A stretch of DNA of 64,000 nucleotides from the human T2T-CHM13v2.0 reference genome, Homo sapiens: the NCBI RefSeq assembly GCF_009914755.1, contig NC_060947.1. One strand, written 5' to 3'. How positions within the stretch are numbered: the stretch's first letter is position 1; every line of letters starts with the position of its first letter. The position numbers and the translations under genes are program-made. Shown here one piece after another: positions 1 to 14,397 of this stretch. Below the pieces are notes generated by a model. It searched no databases, was not told where the DNA came from, and saw nothing but the letters and a program-made list of their open reading frames with translations.

Positions 1-2165
1 TCGACAAATTATCTCCGTCTTTGTTTATCTGAGAATGTCTTTATTTTGCCTATAGTTCTGAAAGGTAGTTTTGCCAGATACAGGATTCTTGGTTGATATC
101 TTTATCCTTCAAGCACTTTGATTATGTCATCCCTTTGCCTTCTGGTCTCCATTTTCTTTCTGATGAGAAGTCAGCTATTCATCTTTTTGGAGTTCACTTG
201 TACATTATGAGTCATTTATTTTCTTGCTGCTCTTATGACTTTTCCTTTTGTCTTTGGCTTCTGACATTTTAACTGTAATATACTTAGGTGTATATCTTTA
301 TGCCTTTATCCTTCTTGGAATTTCTTGAGGATTTTCCATATGTAGATTAACATTTTTCATCATGTTTTGGAAATTTTCAGCTATTATGCATTCATTTTTT
401 TCCTGCCCCATTTATACTCTTCTCCTTGCAGTACTTTTATCATGTGTATGTTGAAGCACTTAATGGTGTCTCAGATTTCTGGAGCTCTGTTCATTTCCTT
501 TATTCTTTTCTTCTGTTCTTCAGAGTGTATAATCTCTAATTATCTATCTTCAAATTCATTCTTTCTTCTTCCAGCCTTATTTACTGCAGAGCCCCTCCAG
601 TAAATTGTTCCTTTCCATTGTTGTAATTTACAACTCCAGAATTTTCATTTGATTTTTCTTCTATAATTTCTCTCTTTATTATCTCTTTGACTTGTTATTT
701 TCTCATTTTAGGCTGGTTCCTTTAGTTCTTTGAACATACTTATAATAGTTATTTTGAAGTGTTTGTGTCTGTCTGATATATTATCTACCCCTACACCCTC
801 ACACGTTGTTTATATTGCCTGCTTTTTTTTGTACAATGGTCACACTATTCTGTTTCTTTGCATGTTTCATAATTGTTTGAGAACTGGGCATTTTAGATGA
901 TATACTGTAACAAATCTAGATTCTGATTAGCTTTCCCACCACTACCATGGGGCTTGCTGTTTGGTGGTTTGCCTGGACTAATCTTGTGAAGTCTAATTTC
1001 CCTGCACTGTGAAATCTCCAATGTTACTGCTCAGTTTTTTCTCCTTGGTTTGTTTCTTTGTTACCTCAGAGTAGCTCCTGGGTCAGTATAACTTAATATT
1101 TACCTAGTGATTGGTCAGAATTGTGCTTATGCCCCTTAAGCCTTAATGATATAGAACTTTGATGATGGATTTCTGTGTGGCTTGGGGAATACTTATAAAT
1201 TGGCTCCATGTTCAAGCAGTGACTAGTAGCTCTCAAGTACACTTTCTGGTTGCTTTTGAGTCAATGCAGTGTAGCACATGTGCATGCCATCCTGACCCCC
1301 AGTGATCTTAACAGGACTCTTTTTAGCTGTCTCTCCCCTTGATTCTGTCTGTTAAACTTCTGGCTGGTCTGCCATTTAATTCGTTGCTTCTAGTTACATG
1401 AACTATTAGCTTCCTACTAGTTGTTCAACATAAAGATCTCTACCGTTTTTGAAAACACCTTTTAGGAGTGAGTTTTTCCATTCTCTGTTCCAAATAAAGT
1501 CAGCCCTCAACAGCGCTGCTGACCTGCCAGTCTTCCAGTCTTTCCTAACACCCTGAGCAGAATTTTTGTCGTTCCTTACTGGAATGAAGATATGGTAGTA
1601 GTCTGATTCTACCTAAGTGATATCACCCTATAAGCAGGAGCTGGAGGATGGGGATGGTAGCCCCATCTTTTTGATCTGTACCTCCTGGTATGGAACTTCT
1701 ACCCTACAAGTGGGATCTGGGGTGGGGAAGGAACCTCAGTCTTCTTGACTACGCCAACCCAAAATAGAGCTTCTAAAACATGAAGCTGCGAGTGGGGGGA
1801 AAAAGACACTGCGAGTGGGGGGAAAAAGAGCAGCCTGTCTCTCTTCAGGTGAAACTGTAGTCTTATGACTAGGAGCTTGGCATAAAGGATGCCCCATCTT
1901 CTTGGCTATACCTGCCCAAAGTATAGCTTCCATGACAAAGAGCTGGGTTGGGGAGAGGTGATGACAGCTAGCTGGACTTCCTTTATTCTTATTGAGACCT
2001 AGTAGATTTTCTTGAATTAATTCATCTCAATATACTGAATTCCCTGAGGTCAATTTCCAGAGACTTTAAATAGTTGTTTTCAATAATTTTCACCAGTTAA
2101 GTGGTTGCTTCAATGGGGAGAGAATATGTTTAGCTCCTCACACAGCCATTCTGGAAGTCCTGCTC
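1..2165 (-). mobile_element. Ancient L1M LINE-1 fragment (ORF1 and 5' region, antisense)
   Basis: T-rich + strand with degenerate antisense L1 ORF1 motifs (GAAAGGTAGTTTTGCCAGATACAGGATTCTTGGTTG; CTTCTGGTCTCCATT..TCTGATGAGAAGTCAGCT). Ends at CAGCCATTCTGGAAGTC, resembling the reverse of an L1M 5' start. Boundaries approximate. Confidence 0.75.
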
Positions 2166-2223
2166 CTAAACCACTGATTTTTAAGCCTTTTATTATGCTT
2201 TTCTTGGCTTTTGGAAACCAACT

Positions 2224-2587
2224 TGTATTAGTCCATTTTCATACTGCTATGAAGAAATACATGAGACTGGGTAATTTATAAGAAAAAAAGGTTTAATGGA
2301 CTCACAATTCCACATGGCTGGGGAGGCCCCACGATCATGGCAGAAGGCGAAGGAGAAGCAAAGGCATGACTTACATGGCAGCAGGCAATAGAGCATGTGC
2401 AAGGGAACTTCCCTTTATAAAACCATCAGATCCTCATGAGACTTATTCACTGTCACGAGAACAGCACAGGAAAAATCAGCTCCCATGATTCAACTACCTC
2501 CCACTAGGTCCCTCCCATGACACATGGCAATTATGGGAGCTACAATTTAAGATGAGATTTGGGTGGGGACACAGCCAGACCATATCA
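2224..2587 (-). mobile_element. THE1 (MaLR) solo LTR
   Basis: Reverse complement starts TGATATGGTCTGGCTGTGTCCCCACCCAAATCTCATC and ends GGACTAATACA, matching the THE1 consensus; about 365 bp; imperfect 5-bp TSD caact/caatc. Confidence 0.92.
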
Positions 2588-3399
2588 CAATCCATTTTTA
2601 GATTTGCAGATGAGTTGGTTCTGCTTACCAATGGTTTAATTTCTGTAGTGTAGGCTTTATGTATATAGACCAACAAACACAATGCCCACAACAAGAAAGA
2701 AAATATTTCACAAATTCATTAGGTGTATGCTCATATGAGTGACTACATTCAAGTTAATTTTCGGTCTCATGCATATAGCCTCCTCATTTTCCAGCAGAAA
2801 GTAAAAATGAGTTGTTTTCCCATAACTGAATATCCAAGATACCCAAACTTTATTCCATCAAGTACCAGACATTTCATTTTAGTCATGTTGGTGGACTCAC
2901 TCTAAAATATCTCCTTAGTAACTTACACAAAGGCAGGTGATTCTAACTACTTGAAAGGGAGAATGAAGGATTGCTAAAAAGGAAGCAGGTACAATATATG
3001 AAAGACATCACAAACTTTGCCAATTATAGAGATCAGTCAGACACATTGATAGACACTGTAAAGAGTATAATTGATACTGCCAAGGATCCCAAATATCAAA
3101 TGGTGCACACATCTACCTCATTCACATTTCCGTAAACTGTCTGGCAAACAGATAAACAACAGCCTTCCAAATGACATGAACTGGCCGAGAAATCTATGCT
3201 GATCATGGCACTGTTATACCCTTAAACTTTCTGCAGGCCCAAACAATGAAAGAACCAATGCCTCCTAACATTTAAAGTCTACTTTAAACTAGCCCTAACC
3301 TTTCTTTCCAGACTCAATCTCCACTGTTCCCCAATTTGTAACTTTCTCCAACCACATTTATTTCCCTTTCTACTACCTTCACCTGGTATGTTTCCTTCA

Positions 3400-3910
3400 C
3401 CGTCATCACCCTGTCTTGCTAGTCTGAAAGTTCCTTAACGGAAGGGATTGTGTTTTGTCCATCTCTGCCCCTAGGACCCACCACAAGGCCTGTCAGAATA
3501 TTCAGTACATTTTTTTAATGAATGAATTTCTGCCATCTGAACCATCTGAACCCTTAAATGTCACCTCCACCTTGGCGCTTTTCCTGGTCTCAAATGGGTC
3601 AAGTCTCTCACCTGTTGAAATTCCCACAGCTTCTTGCTTCTAACCTTTTTAATGATACCTATCATAGTTTCCCTTGTGCTTTGTTATAATTATTTAAATA
3701 CCTACATTATTCCTGCCACCACTACTTTTTCCCTCTTCAGAGAAAGAGGGCGAACAAGAGACAGAAAGACACACACACACACAGGATCACAGTCTTAAAG
3801 AGCATGAACTTTGCCTCATTTAAAAAAAAAACTTTCTTGTGGAACTTAACACAATGCTTATCACATAGGAGACATAGGAGGAGTTCAAGAAATATTTGCC
3901 AAATTGAATT
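3400..3910 (+). mobile_element. L2 3'-end fragments with an embedded short (CA)n
   Basis: L2 tail motifs ending AATGAATGAAT (~3525) and AAATATTTG..AAATTGAATT (~3900). Confidence 0.55.
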
Positions 3911-3934
3911 GCTGAAACATTTGGATATCAGTAT

Positions 3935-4730
3935 GGAGATTTTACTTTAGATCCATACCTCATACCATACACTTGAATAAATTCCAGATGGGCCCAAAAA
4001 TTAAACACAAAAAAGAAAAAAACACCCTGGGGGAGTGGGGAAGACAGAATCACATATTTGTCCCAGCTGTTGAGGAGTGGTAAATTTCTGAATATTGAAA
4101 AATGAAAGAAACATTAGAGACAGGATGGATGGATTTGAATATATAAATGTAAAAAGGAATAGTTTTGCATAGTGAAATATGATAAAGCATACATAAAAAT
4201 GAAAGCAATAAAATTGGAAAAATATGTGACAAATATAAATGATGAAGCTGACTATCCAAAATATAGAGAATGGATAAAAATATATAAGGTCATTACCCAG
4301 ATTTTACTTGAGAAGTGGTGAAAGAAGATGAACGAGGAAACAGCAAATTATGACACTAAAAAATGAAAAGCCTCATTAAATAAAATTAAAACAAATGGAT
4401 AGTATACTTATATACCTACTAAACTAGCAAAAAGGTTAAAAATGATAACATTCAGTGCTGCAGGGATCTGTGAAAACAGGCACACTTATGCAGTTTAATC
4501 TTTTGGGAGTACAATCTGGCAACATGTAACAGCAGCTATAAAACAGCTCATACCTTTTGGCCTCGTTATTACACATTTGGTAAGATACCAGAAAGCAATA
4601 ACTCTAAACAGAAGAAATGCAATTTGTGCAGAACCATTCACAGCATCACTTTTTATAAGAGTAAAAATTTTAAAATAACTTAAATCTCCAATAATAGAAT
4701 GGCTAAGCAAAATCTGGCATGTCAATACCA
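3935..4730 (+). mobile_element. Old L1ME-type ORF2 3' fragment
   Basis: GATCCATACCTCATACCATACAC..AAATTCCAGATGG and TTTTGGGAGTACAATCTGGCAACATG, typical of a degenerate L1 ORF2 end. Confidence 0.65.
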
Positions 4731-6544
4731 CACAATCTTATATTTTCATGTGTAAGGGTATCTGCCTATTCCACATTGCCAGGTCTTTGCTTTTATGATT
4801 TCTCCATCCTGGGTGTCTGTTACTTAGCTGTCACTGTGTCTATTTCTAGAGTAAACTACCTCCTCAAACCCACCCATCCTGCCGCCCCAAATTCTAATTT
4901 GCTGCTGTAACTGAGGAAATATCAGGCTCCCATTAAATTAAGGACCAGTGGGTCTCTCTGAGGTCAAGACATGAGGGCCTCTTCTCCTGCACCATGGGCT
5001 TTCTGGCAGCTGTTTGAAAAATCTCAAAGGCTTCTTTTTTCTTTTTAAACTTATTACCAGAGTCCAGGCTGTTCTCTGAGCTTCAGGATAAGTGGGGTAT
5101 TGCTAAAAAAAATGGTTTTGCTTTAATTACAGGCTCTTAGTAAAACTGTTTGCCTTTCATGAACGCTATGTATTGAGCAAAACTCCTCTAGTCCATAATA
5201 GAAATATTTTCATATGGAAACATGGAAACACCTTTGATCAAGAAAGATAGCCTTAAACTTTATAAATTATAAGTTCTGTGAATAGAATTGGCCATGTTGT
5301 GATTAAAAAGAAATCTGGGGACAAGTAATAACAAATACATCTATTAGAGTCATGGTAATATGCCTACTGTCAACTAAAATACATTTCTTAAAACTGAGGT
5401 CTTTTTGGTTCATTACAGCTTATTACTGCTTCATAATAATAATGTGCTTGAATCTCACAAATATGTGAAAATTACACAGTCATAATTCTCATCAAGGACT
5501 CAATCTCAAACTTACTTTTTAAAAACAAAATGTTGGTTCTAAGTTGGAGGTTTTACTTAAGGCCATACATGATTAGCCTTCAAAAATGAAATCAAAGTAG
5601 TCCCCAGATATAGAGGCTAATATAAACATATTAGAGCCTTTTTGTGAAAGACTTGGATACCATTCCTACCAAAGAAGTCAGTGGACACATTAAAAGCATT
5701 TCAAAATAAATAGAAATAAGAACATTCTGGGTGGGTAAAGCGATTGCTGGCAATGTTAAAAGAGAAGGATACCTTCATTTTGAGCCACACAACCAACAAA
5801 ACAAAACACTCAGAAGAAATTTAAGCTTTGAAAACTTGGCTGTGATGAGAAGAAGATATAAAAAGTGAAGAATTTCCCACCTTAGGTCTATTCCCTGGAT
5901 GGGGCTAAGGGCGTTAAGTCTGCTTGTATGATGTTGGAAACAATAATCCTTATAGTTCTGAAAGAAATCACTAAATGGGAGCCATCCTTCGAGTTTGGTC
6001 ATTCTGTAAATTGCTTTATTTCTTATATGTAAAACCTGTATTCAGGAATCTGTAAATCTTTTCCCCCACCTATGAACGTGAGCTGCTTAGTGCTTTTGTC
6101 AGCAACAAATAGTGTATACATTATTAATTCAACTTTAATGGGTCCAAAGATTACATATGCTGAGCATCTAAAGTAAAAATATAATGCAGGTTGATAGGCA
6201 GGAAAGGAAAGAGGAACTCATGGAACCTCAGAAGCAAAACCTAGTTTCAGAATCCAGATCTGCTGAGGTCTGGCATCAACAGTCTTGTATACATTTATAG
6301 GAATTAGGTTGGCAGGTTGATAGATTTCTCATTACCAAGGTTGGGTTTCTTGAACTCTCAGGAAACTAGAAGAGAATATTTGGAAAACAATCATGCCAGC
6401 AGCAGGCCAGGAGGGTGAGACTTGAAGGAGATGTTGGCTGAGCCATTTCCTGAGCAGATCCGAAGGAAATGATTTCAATTATTGTCACACAATGGGCCAG
6501 ATGCTCCCTCTTGCCCTATTCTAACTATTCTCCCAGCTCCAAAA

Positions 6545-6700
6545 CAAAGAGGAAAGGAAGGAGGGGAAAAAAAGAGGAAAGGAAGGGGAGAGGAGGAAGG
6601 GAATGAAGGAGTGAAGAAAGGGAGGGAGGGAAGAAAGGGGAAGGAGGGAGGGAGGAAGGAAAGAAGGAAAAAAAGGAAAGAAAGGGAAAAAGAAAAGCAT
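6545..6700. repeat. Polypurine (GGAA/GGGA/GAAA)n low-complexity tract
   Basis: About 150 bp of almost exclusively A/G. Confidence 0.9.
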
Positions 6701-9169
6701 TACAATTAAAGCAAGAATTAACAGCTGTAATAAATATAAAGGTTACTTTTGCATAAAATGAAAATAGAAAAGGTCAGTTCAGGAAATGTTAACACACTGG
6801 CTCAGTTTCTCTCAGTTCATAGGCCTGAATCATTAGGCGTCGCAGGCCCAATAGGACCACAGCTTTGTTGCTTGAGCTTTTATGAGGCATATCTGTGCTG
6901 GTGGCAGCTAGCAGACTGGCAGGGCTACAAACTGGCATGCCCTCAGGTCATAAACTAATTATGGCACAATCATTCACTTGTTCTAGCCATTCTGCCAATT
7001 ACTTCATGAGTAGGGTTGGGCGGGACCTTTGTCTAAGGCCTGCTCTGGAAACAAGACCTCCTGGGCTTAAGCCTTCCTTCCTGTGGAGTTCTGTGGGAGT
7101 CTGTAGGGCCATCAATAGTCTCAGTAGGCCAACCAGTCTACCCTTCTGCCTTAATAATCCACTCACCAATTATTAAGTGTCTGTGTTGTACAAGGCCCAG
7201 TGAGGAAATGCAAAAATAACAACGTACTCTTGAAGGGCTTAGAGTCTAGGGTTAGGGTGGGGAACATAAGAACCATTCAAAACCTCTGCTTAAGCCCACT
7301 TGCATATCTCAAGCCCTGGACTTTCCTGAACAGAAGGGCCCTTTTGAATCTAGACACTGCATTAGTCATCTGAGTTCATTCCACATGTTCTCGGGGGGAA
7401 TAAAAAGAAGATGTTTACTTCCAGAGTCAGTGTAAGCTTCCATCTTTTTCCCAATGATGGTGGATAAGCTTCCCTGTTCTCCAGAGTCATAATTCAATTA
7501 AGGTCTTACCAAAGCCTTCCTGTCCAAGAGAAGGGTCAATCACTCTTCCAGCACAGCAACTCCCCTGCCCCAAGGACTACCCCCACTGCACTCAATTGAA
7601 GTGCCTGACTAGGTACACTCAGAGGAGATACATCCCTTTATATAAAAGAGCCACAGACTTACAAATAGCCTCGGGGAGCCAGCATGCATTCCAAGAAATA
7701 CATGTAAACACATGAAAAGGTATGTACACAGGTTTGCTTACAAACAAAGTCAGAAGAAAAGTAAACAGATTGGGAGGGGGAAATTTCACAGCTCAGTGAG
7801 CTGAAGACCTGGATAGAAAGGTGAATGAATAAGTCCAACATACTGTGTTTCAAGGCAGCAGCATACATACACAGTCAGCAGTGACAACTGGTTTGCTGGG
7901 ACAGGAAAGAATGGATTTGCAGAGAGAATTCAGGAAACAGTTTGAGGATCAATAGGCCCCATCAGTATGCCAGTGATTTCATACTAATGCAGTCAAGGTC
8001 CCAGAGTAAATTATTTCCATGCTTATTACTGCTTATGGCAAACATCACCCAATTCAGACTTAGAGGTTCAAATAGCCCTAGCTCCCTGACAGACATCATT
8101 GAAAACATTCCTGCAAGGAGCACCCTTTGTAAGGTGGAGCCTGGCCAAGTACCAGGCGTCTGCTCCTCTCCATGGTCACATAGTCTCCTGCTGCCTTCCA
8201 CCCTCATACAGGCCCCCAGTCTGTTTGCATTCCCACACCTGGCCCCACCTTCTAGCAGAGGCCAAGAGCATCATTCTTGGATGAATGCCCAGCCTTTGAA
8301 GTCAGAGAGAATGCAGGCTGTTAGATGAGGAGATCCAGATTCAAGACTTCTCAACACACACTTCCCCCTACTCAACAATGCTTACAATAAAGTTACGCTC
8401 AAGAGGCACTCTGGCTGCTAGAAAAACAGGAAGCCAGAGGAGTGGGTAGGTCAGTTAGGCTCTCTAGACTGGCCTGAACTCTGTGGAATGTCAGGCTCAC
8501 TAGAAAGCTGAATGCCTCCACTGAAGGTGTGACCAAGGTATCTTTAAGCTGGAACTGACCAACCACCCCTGTCTTAGTAAAAAAGTATTTCTCCCCAAAT
8601 CTGCCTTCCCCACCCTCCCTTCACACACAAAGAAAGTAGCCAGGCCTTCAGTCTTGGTTCTCTAGAGCGCAGCAGAACAACTCAGGCAGAAGCAGCTTGG
8701 GAGACCTTGTGCTTCTCTATTCGAGTGCTTTCCTAAACTGTGTGGTTGGCAAAAAACAGATCTGAACATTTGGCTGGAAGCAGCCATGTTTAAAAACAAT
8801 TGTTTAATTTCAAGATTGCAAGAACCTTTCTTCATTTTGGCAGTTTGGGAGAGGGAGTGGAAATGTAGATCCATTAGAATAAACAGTAACCATCCATTTG
8901 TGTGTATCTGTTCATCTAGGTGTATTCATGGAAATCTGGGAGAAATTAAGCCTTCTGCCTTCTTCTAGCCCATAAGGTCATTGGTCTGCCACGCCTCCTG
9001 CAATAACAGTTGCAATGCAATAACTCATACTTACATAGCACTTGACAGTTTACACAGCATCCTCCCATTCATTATGCCATTTAATAAAGATTAATCCATT
9101 ATGTGGTGTGACTAATTCCCTTTGACCTAACAATTCTGCTTTTTCTATAAATATCTCTTAGTAAAATAA

Positions 9170-9630
9170 TCAGATAAGTGTGCAAAGGTGTACGTACACA
9201 AATGGCCACTGTTGCACTGTTTATATTAGCAAAATGTTAGGAGCAAATTAAATGTCAATTAATATGGTACTGGTGAAAATACCTGTAGTATTTATATAGT
9301 CATAAAGTGTAATACAGTGATACCATTAAAGTGATTCTGTAGATCTGAAAAGATTTCTGCAACGTATTGTTAGTTGTAAAAACATAGGCTAGAAAACATT
9401 ACATATAATATGACCTTGTTTTTTATGTGTGTGTGTGTGTGTGTGTGTGTATAAACATGGAAGAATGAAGTGTGAGATATGCATACACCTAAATATCAAT
9501 GCCTGTTACCTCTAGGAGGTAGGAATGTGGCTAATTTTAATTTTCTTCTTTAAACTTCTGTGTGTTTTCTAAGTTAATATTAAATCAACAAACATTATTG
9601 CTTTTGATGATGTGGAAAACAATAAAGCTA
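9170..9630 (+). mobile_element. L1ME 3' fragment containing (TG)n at ~9426-9450
   Basis: Degenerate L1 3' UTR motifs plus a TG microsatellite. Confidence 0.55.
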
Positions 9631-9669
9631 CGGTCATTTTGGAAAGGAGAGAAAACATGTGGTAACAAC

Positions 9670-9900
9670 AATAATAGTAGCTAACATTTACTGAGCAGTT
9701 ACTATGTACCTTGGTTTTAAGTACACTTATATTTTGATCTCATAACAGTACTTATGAGGTATGTAATACTGTCCCCATATTAGAGATGAGAAAACACTGA
9801 AGCTTAGAGAGTTTAAGGGACTTCCCAAGGACACACAGCTAGAAAGTGACAAAACTAGGATGTAAACTGAGGTTTCTGTTGACTCCAAATCTCATTCTCT
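9670..9900 (-). mobile_element. MIR SINE
   Basis: AATAGTAGCTAACATTTACTGAGC..GATGAGAAAACACTGAAGCTTAGAGAG..CCCAAGGACACACAGCTAG (MIR core, antisense). Confidence 0.8.
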
Positions 9901-10184
9901 TATTTGATGCTCTACCACCTTCCTCTTCTAGGGCCCTTTCTCCCTTGAAGTGCTCAAAACAATGTATCAAAGCCAGTTATTATACTTTTGATTACTTATG
10001 CCAGAAAGACCCCATTAAGAGCATAACTGTTTCTAGCTCAGAGCAAGGTTTCAAGGAAGCAGCACTATTAGAGCCTGATGCCAAAACCCAGGTGACCAAA
10101 ATCAGCAATAGCTCAAATTGAACCTTCATCCCTTAAATCTCACAAATGCAAAGACAGTCTTTGTTTGATTCAAACGTTTTCTTC

Positions 10185-10660
10185 CTCCATCCATCCATCC
10201 ATTCCTTCATTGAATACCTATCATATGCTAGGAACTGTGGGCATACAAAGATGAATAAGGCAGACTCCCTGCCTTCAGATAATGTGCAATCTGATCCTTA
10301 GTGCATCACAGGCCCATTCACCTGAGAGGCTTACTTGAGAACAAACTCCAAGTTGAAATGTGACCAATGACCAAGGGGCCACAGCAGGAAACTTGGGAAG
10401 ACAGAAAACAGGTTGCCAAATTCTTCTTTACTACACTTACAAAGAATATGGAAAGTAAACATATAGATCCAATTAACCAAATCTAGCAAACATTATTGAG
10501 CAATGACTATGTACCAGGCTCTGTGTTAGGTGCTGTCACATATCTTATGAGTACTACTATTACTACTATTCATACTACCATTACGAAAAATAACAACTAA
10601 CATTTTATTAAATCCTCACTGGTAGTGACAGAAACCAGGCTAAGTGCTTTACATACAATG
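10185..10660 (-). mobile_element. Cluster of L2/MIR fragments
   Basis: CATTCCTTCATTGAATACCTATCATATGCTAGG..AAAGATGAATAAG; AAACATTATTGAGCAATGACTATGTACCAGGC. Confidence 0.55.
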
Positions 10661-13309
10661 TAAGTTTTCACGACCACAAACCTATTAACATGGCTTAAGG
10701 TTGAGGCCTACCTAATATGAAATCAAAATGAAACAAATCAACAAACAAAGCATCTAGAATTCTCCACTGTTCCCTTATTCACCATGAGGTCATCTTAGAG
10801 CTAGAATGGTTTGAATATTCAGACACCTACATAAATACTTCCCATTTGTTCATTTCTCTAGTTCAGCTCACAGGTTAACAAACTTAGAGAATTACTGTAT
10901 AGACTTCTATGCACAACAGATACAGTACTGTACTGCAATACAAAAGATTTCCAGGAAGAGTTTCAACGATTCATGATTTTTGTCTTATGTGCTAATTTTA
11001 GTACATGACTTAGAGAATACATGAGATAATAATGATGCTATAAATAGCATATGACCAGTAAATTATAAATGATGCCTTAATATACTAATCTCAACAATAA
11101 TCATATCAGAGAAATACCCATTGTATAGGTAAGGAAACAAGTTCACAGAGGTTTGTCCCCCATTGCTTCAGTGTGAAAAAGCCAAGGTTTAAACTATGTC
11201 TGACTGACACTAAAGCCTATGCTTCTTGCACAGCTTTATGAAAGGCACTTTCTTTTTGGCAAATGAATTATGTTTGAGCTAAAAGCAATGACCAGGGTAC
11301 CATCGGTGAGATAGATCAGAGGAGATGAACATGAAGGCAGATCCAAAGAAGAGTGATGAACAGAAAAATGACATTATCAAACATGGGCTTTGGAAAAATT
11401 AACCTGATGATGGTGACACCTTTTCCCTGAGGCAATGTCATCTCTCTTTTGAGGTTGAATACAGGCAAGAAGGGCTAGCCTACAAAATAAGCCACTTTTG
11501 CGGTGGAGGTCTCCAAGGTGCTAAGGCATCCACATGAACATCACTTGTCCCCTTGAATTCCCAAACTGAGGACTTTAGGGCTACATTTTTGGAGTTGATA
11601 AAGGAAGCTAGGGCCTGGTTCCCTTTCATCAGATGTACAAATGTATTGGTTACAGAGTTCACACTGAAGAAGACACTCCAGCCTTTCTAGGGTCTCAGTA
11701 TGGTATTAGGCAACAACAACACTCTTGTTGACATGTCCAAAATGTGCTATTTTTCACTTAAACCACCTACATCTAATCTCAGAAAAAAACACCTTGGGAC
11801 TTGAGAATACATCTCTTGAAAAGCAAAATGCCAAGGACCACGAACAGTTCCCTCTATCCCACTTAAACTAAGCTTGCAGAGGTACTTCTCCCCAAAGGGC
11901 ATGTTGTCCTGTTCAAGGGAGACTGGGGAGTTTCTCAAATACTTTTGCTTACTTCTCAGGATGGCCAAAAATTAAGGATTATAATCCTCACCCACCAGGT
12001 GGCCATTTATATCCAAAAAGATTTGAAGCACCTTACAAAAAAATTCTGATGTCACAGGGTCATAAAATTAAAAGAAAGATTTAGAAAAAAAAAAAAAACA
12101 GAAAATGAGGTTATTTTATTTAAAAAGGAAACCTTTTGTTTACATATATGTTCATCGAATGTTCAAATTTGATCTGAGCTTCCCAGCAGCCAAGACACAA
12201 AGGCAAACACTATAGGTTTCAGAACCTTAATCTGATAAAAGGAAACAAGCTAATTTATCAGGAGGCAAACTATTTATGAGCACTGGATTCTACATGCAAA
12301 CTATAAAAGGAAAAAAACTTTAAAAACACAAAAACTGATATTTCTGACATTATTTTGCCAGAATATACTTTTGTCATATAATCATTCCTTAAATTGACAC
12401 TCATGTCTTGAATTACCCTCCCCATGTGAACAATCCTTTTGTTTTTCCTCACTTGCTTCCCAGTACTCCTGATGAAGGGCCTGTGAGCAAGTGGTGCCAA
12501 CACCCTCCTGATGCTGCTGCTTTGGATCTGTTCCAAGTTTCTGGATACTTGGTTGGGACCTCCAAAATGCTGAGTTTAGACAGCAGATACCAGTTTGGGC
12601 CCAGAATATTTTTAGGGCCATGTTAGTGTCAACTACCTTAACTAGCAGCCTAGCTTCTTAGAAATGGCTGATATTGGGCTCTGGGTAGGACAGTCAATGG
12701 TATCTAAAGGGCTCTTTCCACTACAGCTCATATGCCTAATGGATCAGAGGTACAAAAATAATCAGCACCCAGCAAGCGAGGTCAGAGTCAGGCTCAGTTT
12801 GGATCAAAGATCATACTCAGGAGCGAAGAATCCTAGGCATGAATACAAAGAGGGAGGTCTGGGGGAAGGGTTAACCAGTAGACAGTCCAGCTTCCAGGAA
12901 GAGTACTGGGGTAAGAATTACAGGCTGGAAAGAATGTTTGGCTTCGATATGGAAAGCCCTTAACGCCCACCCAAGTGACCAAGAGGTGGGGCACTCTGAG
13001 GCAAGCAAAGAGAAAGAAATGGCATGCTCACAAGGGCAGGTAAGGGGGATGTTGAAGAAACAGAGTCTGGGAAGTAAAATTCTGAATAGCCTGATGAAAA
13101 GGACATTTTTACATACTCATGTTATGAGCCCAACATCTGACTTGGGTGACAAGTAAAAGGGGATACTGTTAAGAGCCAAAGTCTCACCCAGGTGTGACAT
13201 ATGAGGGAACTGGTGCTTAACCAAAGCTAGAGAAGCAGTGGAAGGTGTGGTATGGCAAAAGCCAGGAGGAAATTCCAGTAAGAAAAGAATTTGCACTCAA
13301 CCGTAAGCC

Positions 13310-13990
13310 AAATACTGGCATCATTTCATTTAATTCTCCTTACAACAATCCTGGGACTTAAGTATGATTGCCGTTATGACATGTGAGGAAACTGAGATAC
13401 AGGGAGTTGCTTCCCTGAAATTGCTGAGGGGCAACTGACTAGGAAAGAGCACTTCCAGCCTTTGAGCCAGATGTCTGTGGCTCCAAATCTTGTAGTCTTC
13501 CAATTCAATGGCTGCTAAACAGAGCCAGCCCTATGTAACTAAGAAACCAGGCCCCCAACACTGGGGCGAGGGGCAGCAGCACCTTTCCCCTGGCAGCCTA
13601 GTACCAGAGAAAAGCTGCTTTCCTGAAGTAGGGCCAATCAAAATTGGCTTTCTAGGCTTTGTTAAAATCCTACCTATTGTGTTATTTCTAAATATAACAT
13701 ATATACACATTTTATACATATATATACGTATATTTTAACCTTTTATTTAGACAATATCTAATAATAATAATACAAGGTAGTATTGAGCATTACTGTGTGC
13801 CAGACACAGCACCAAATGCTTAGTGGCTTAGATCATCTATTCACATCAGAAAATCTACATATAAATAACACTATCTGCAATTCACAGATGAAGAATGAGG
13901 GTGAATAACTTGCACAGGGTCGCATGGAAAATAAATGACAGAATTTCCATTTAACTCTGTCTGCCTCCAGATCCATGCTACACTGCCTTC
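13310..13990 (-). mobile_element. Two MIR SINE fragments (~13310-13500, ~13755-13990)
   Basis: GAGGAAACTGAGATACAG and TTGAGCATTACTGTGTGCCAG..CACAGATGAAG cores. Confidence 0.65.
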
Positions 13991-14024
13991 CTACCTCTTT
14001 GATATAGATACCACAAAAATATAA

Positions 14025-14397
<373 letters not shown>

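Noticed and set aside
12100-13150. Possible ancient RTE/L4 and LTR remnants
   Set aside because: Too degenerate to assign by eye; needs a Dfam search
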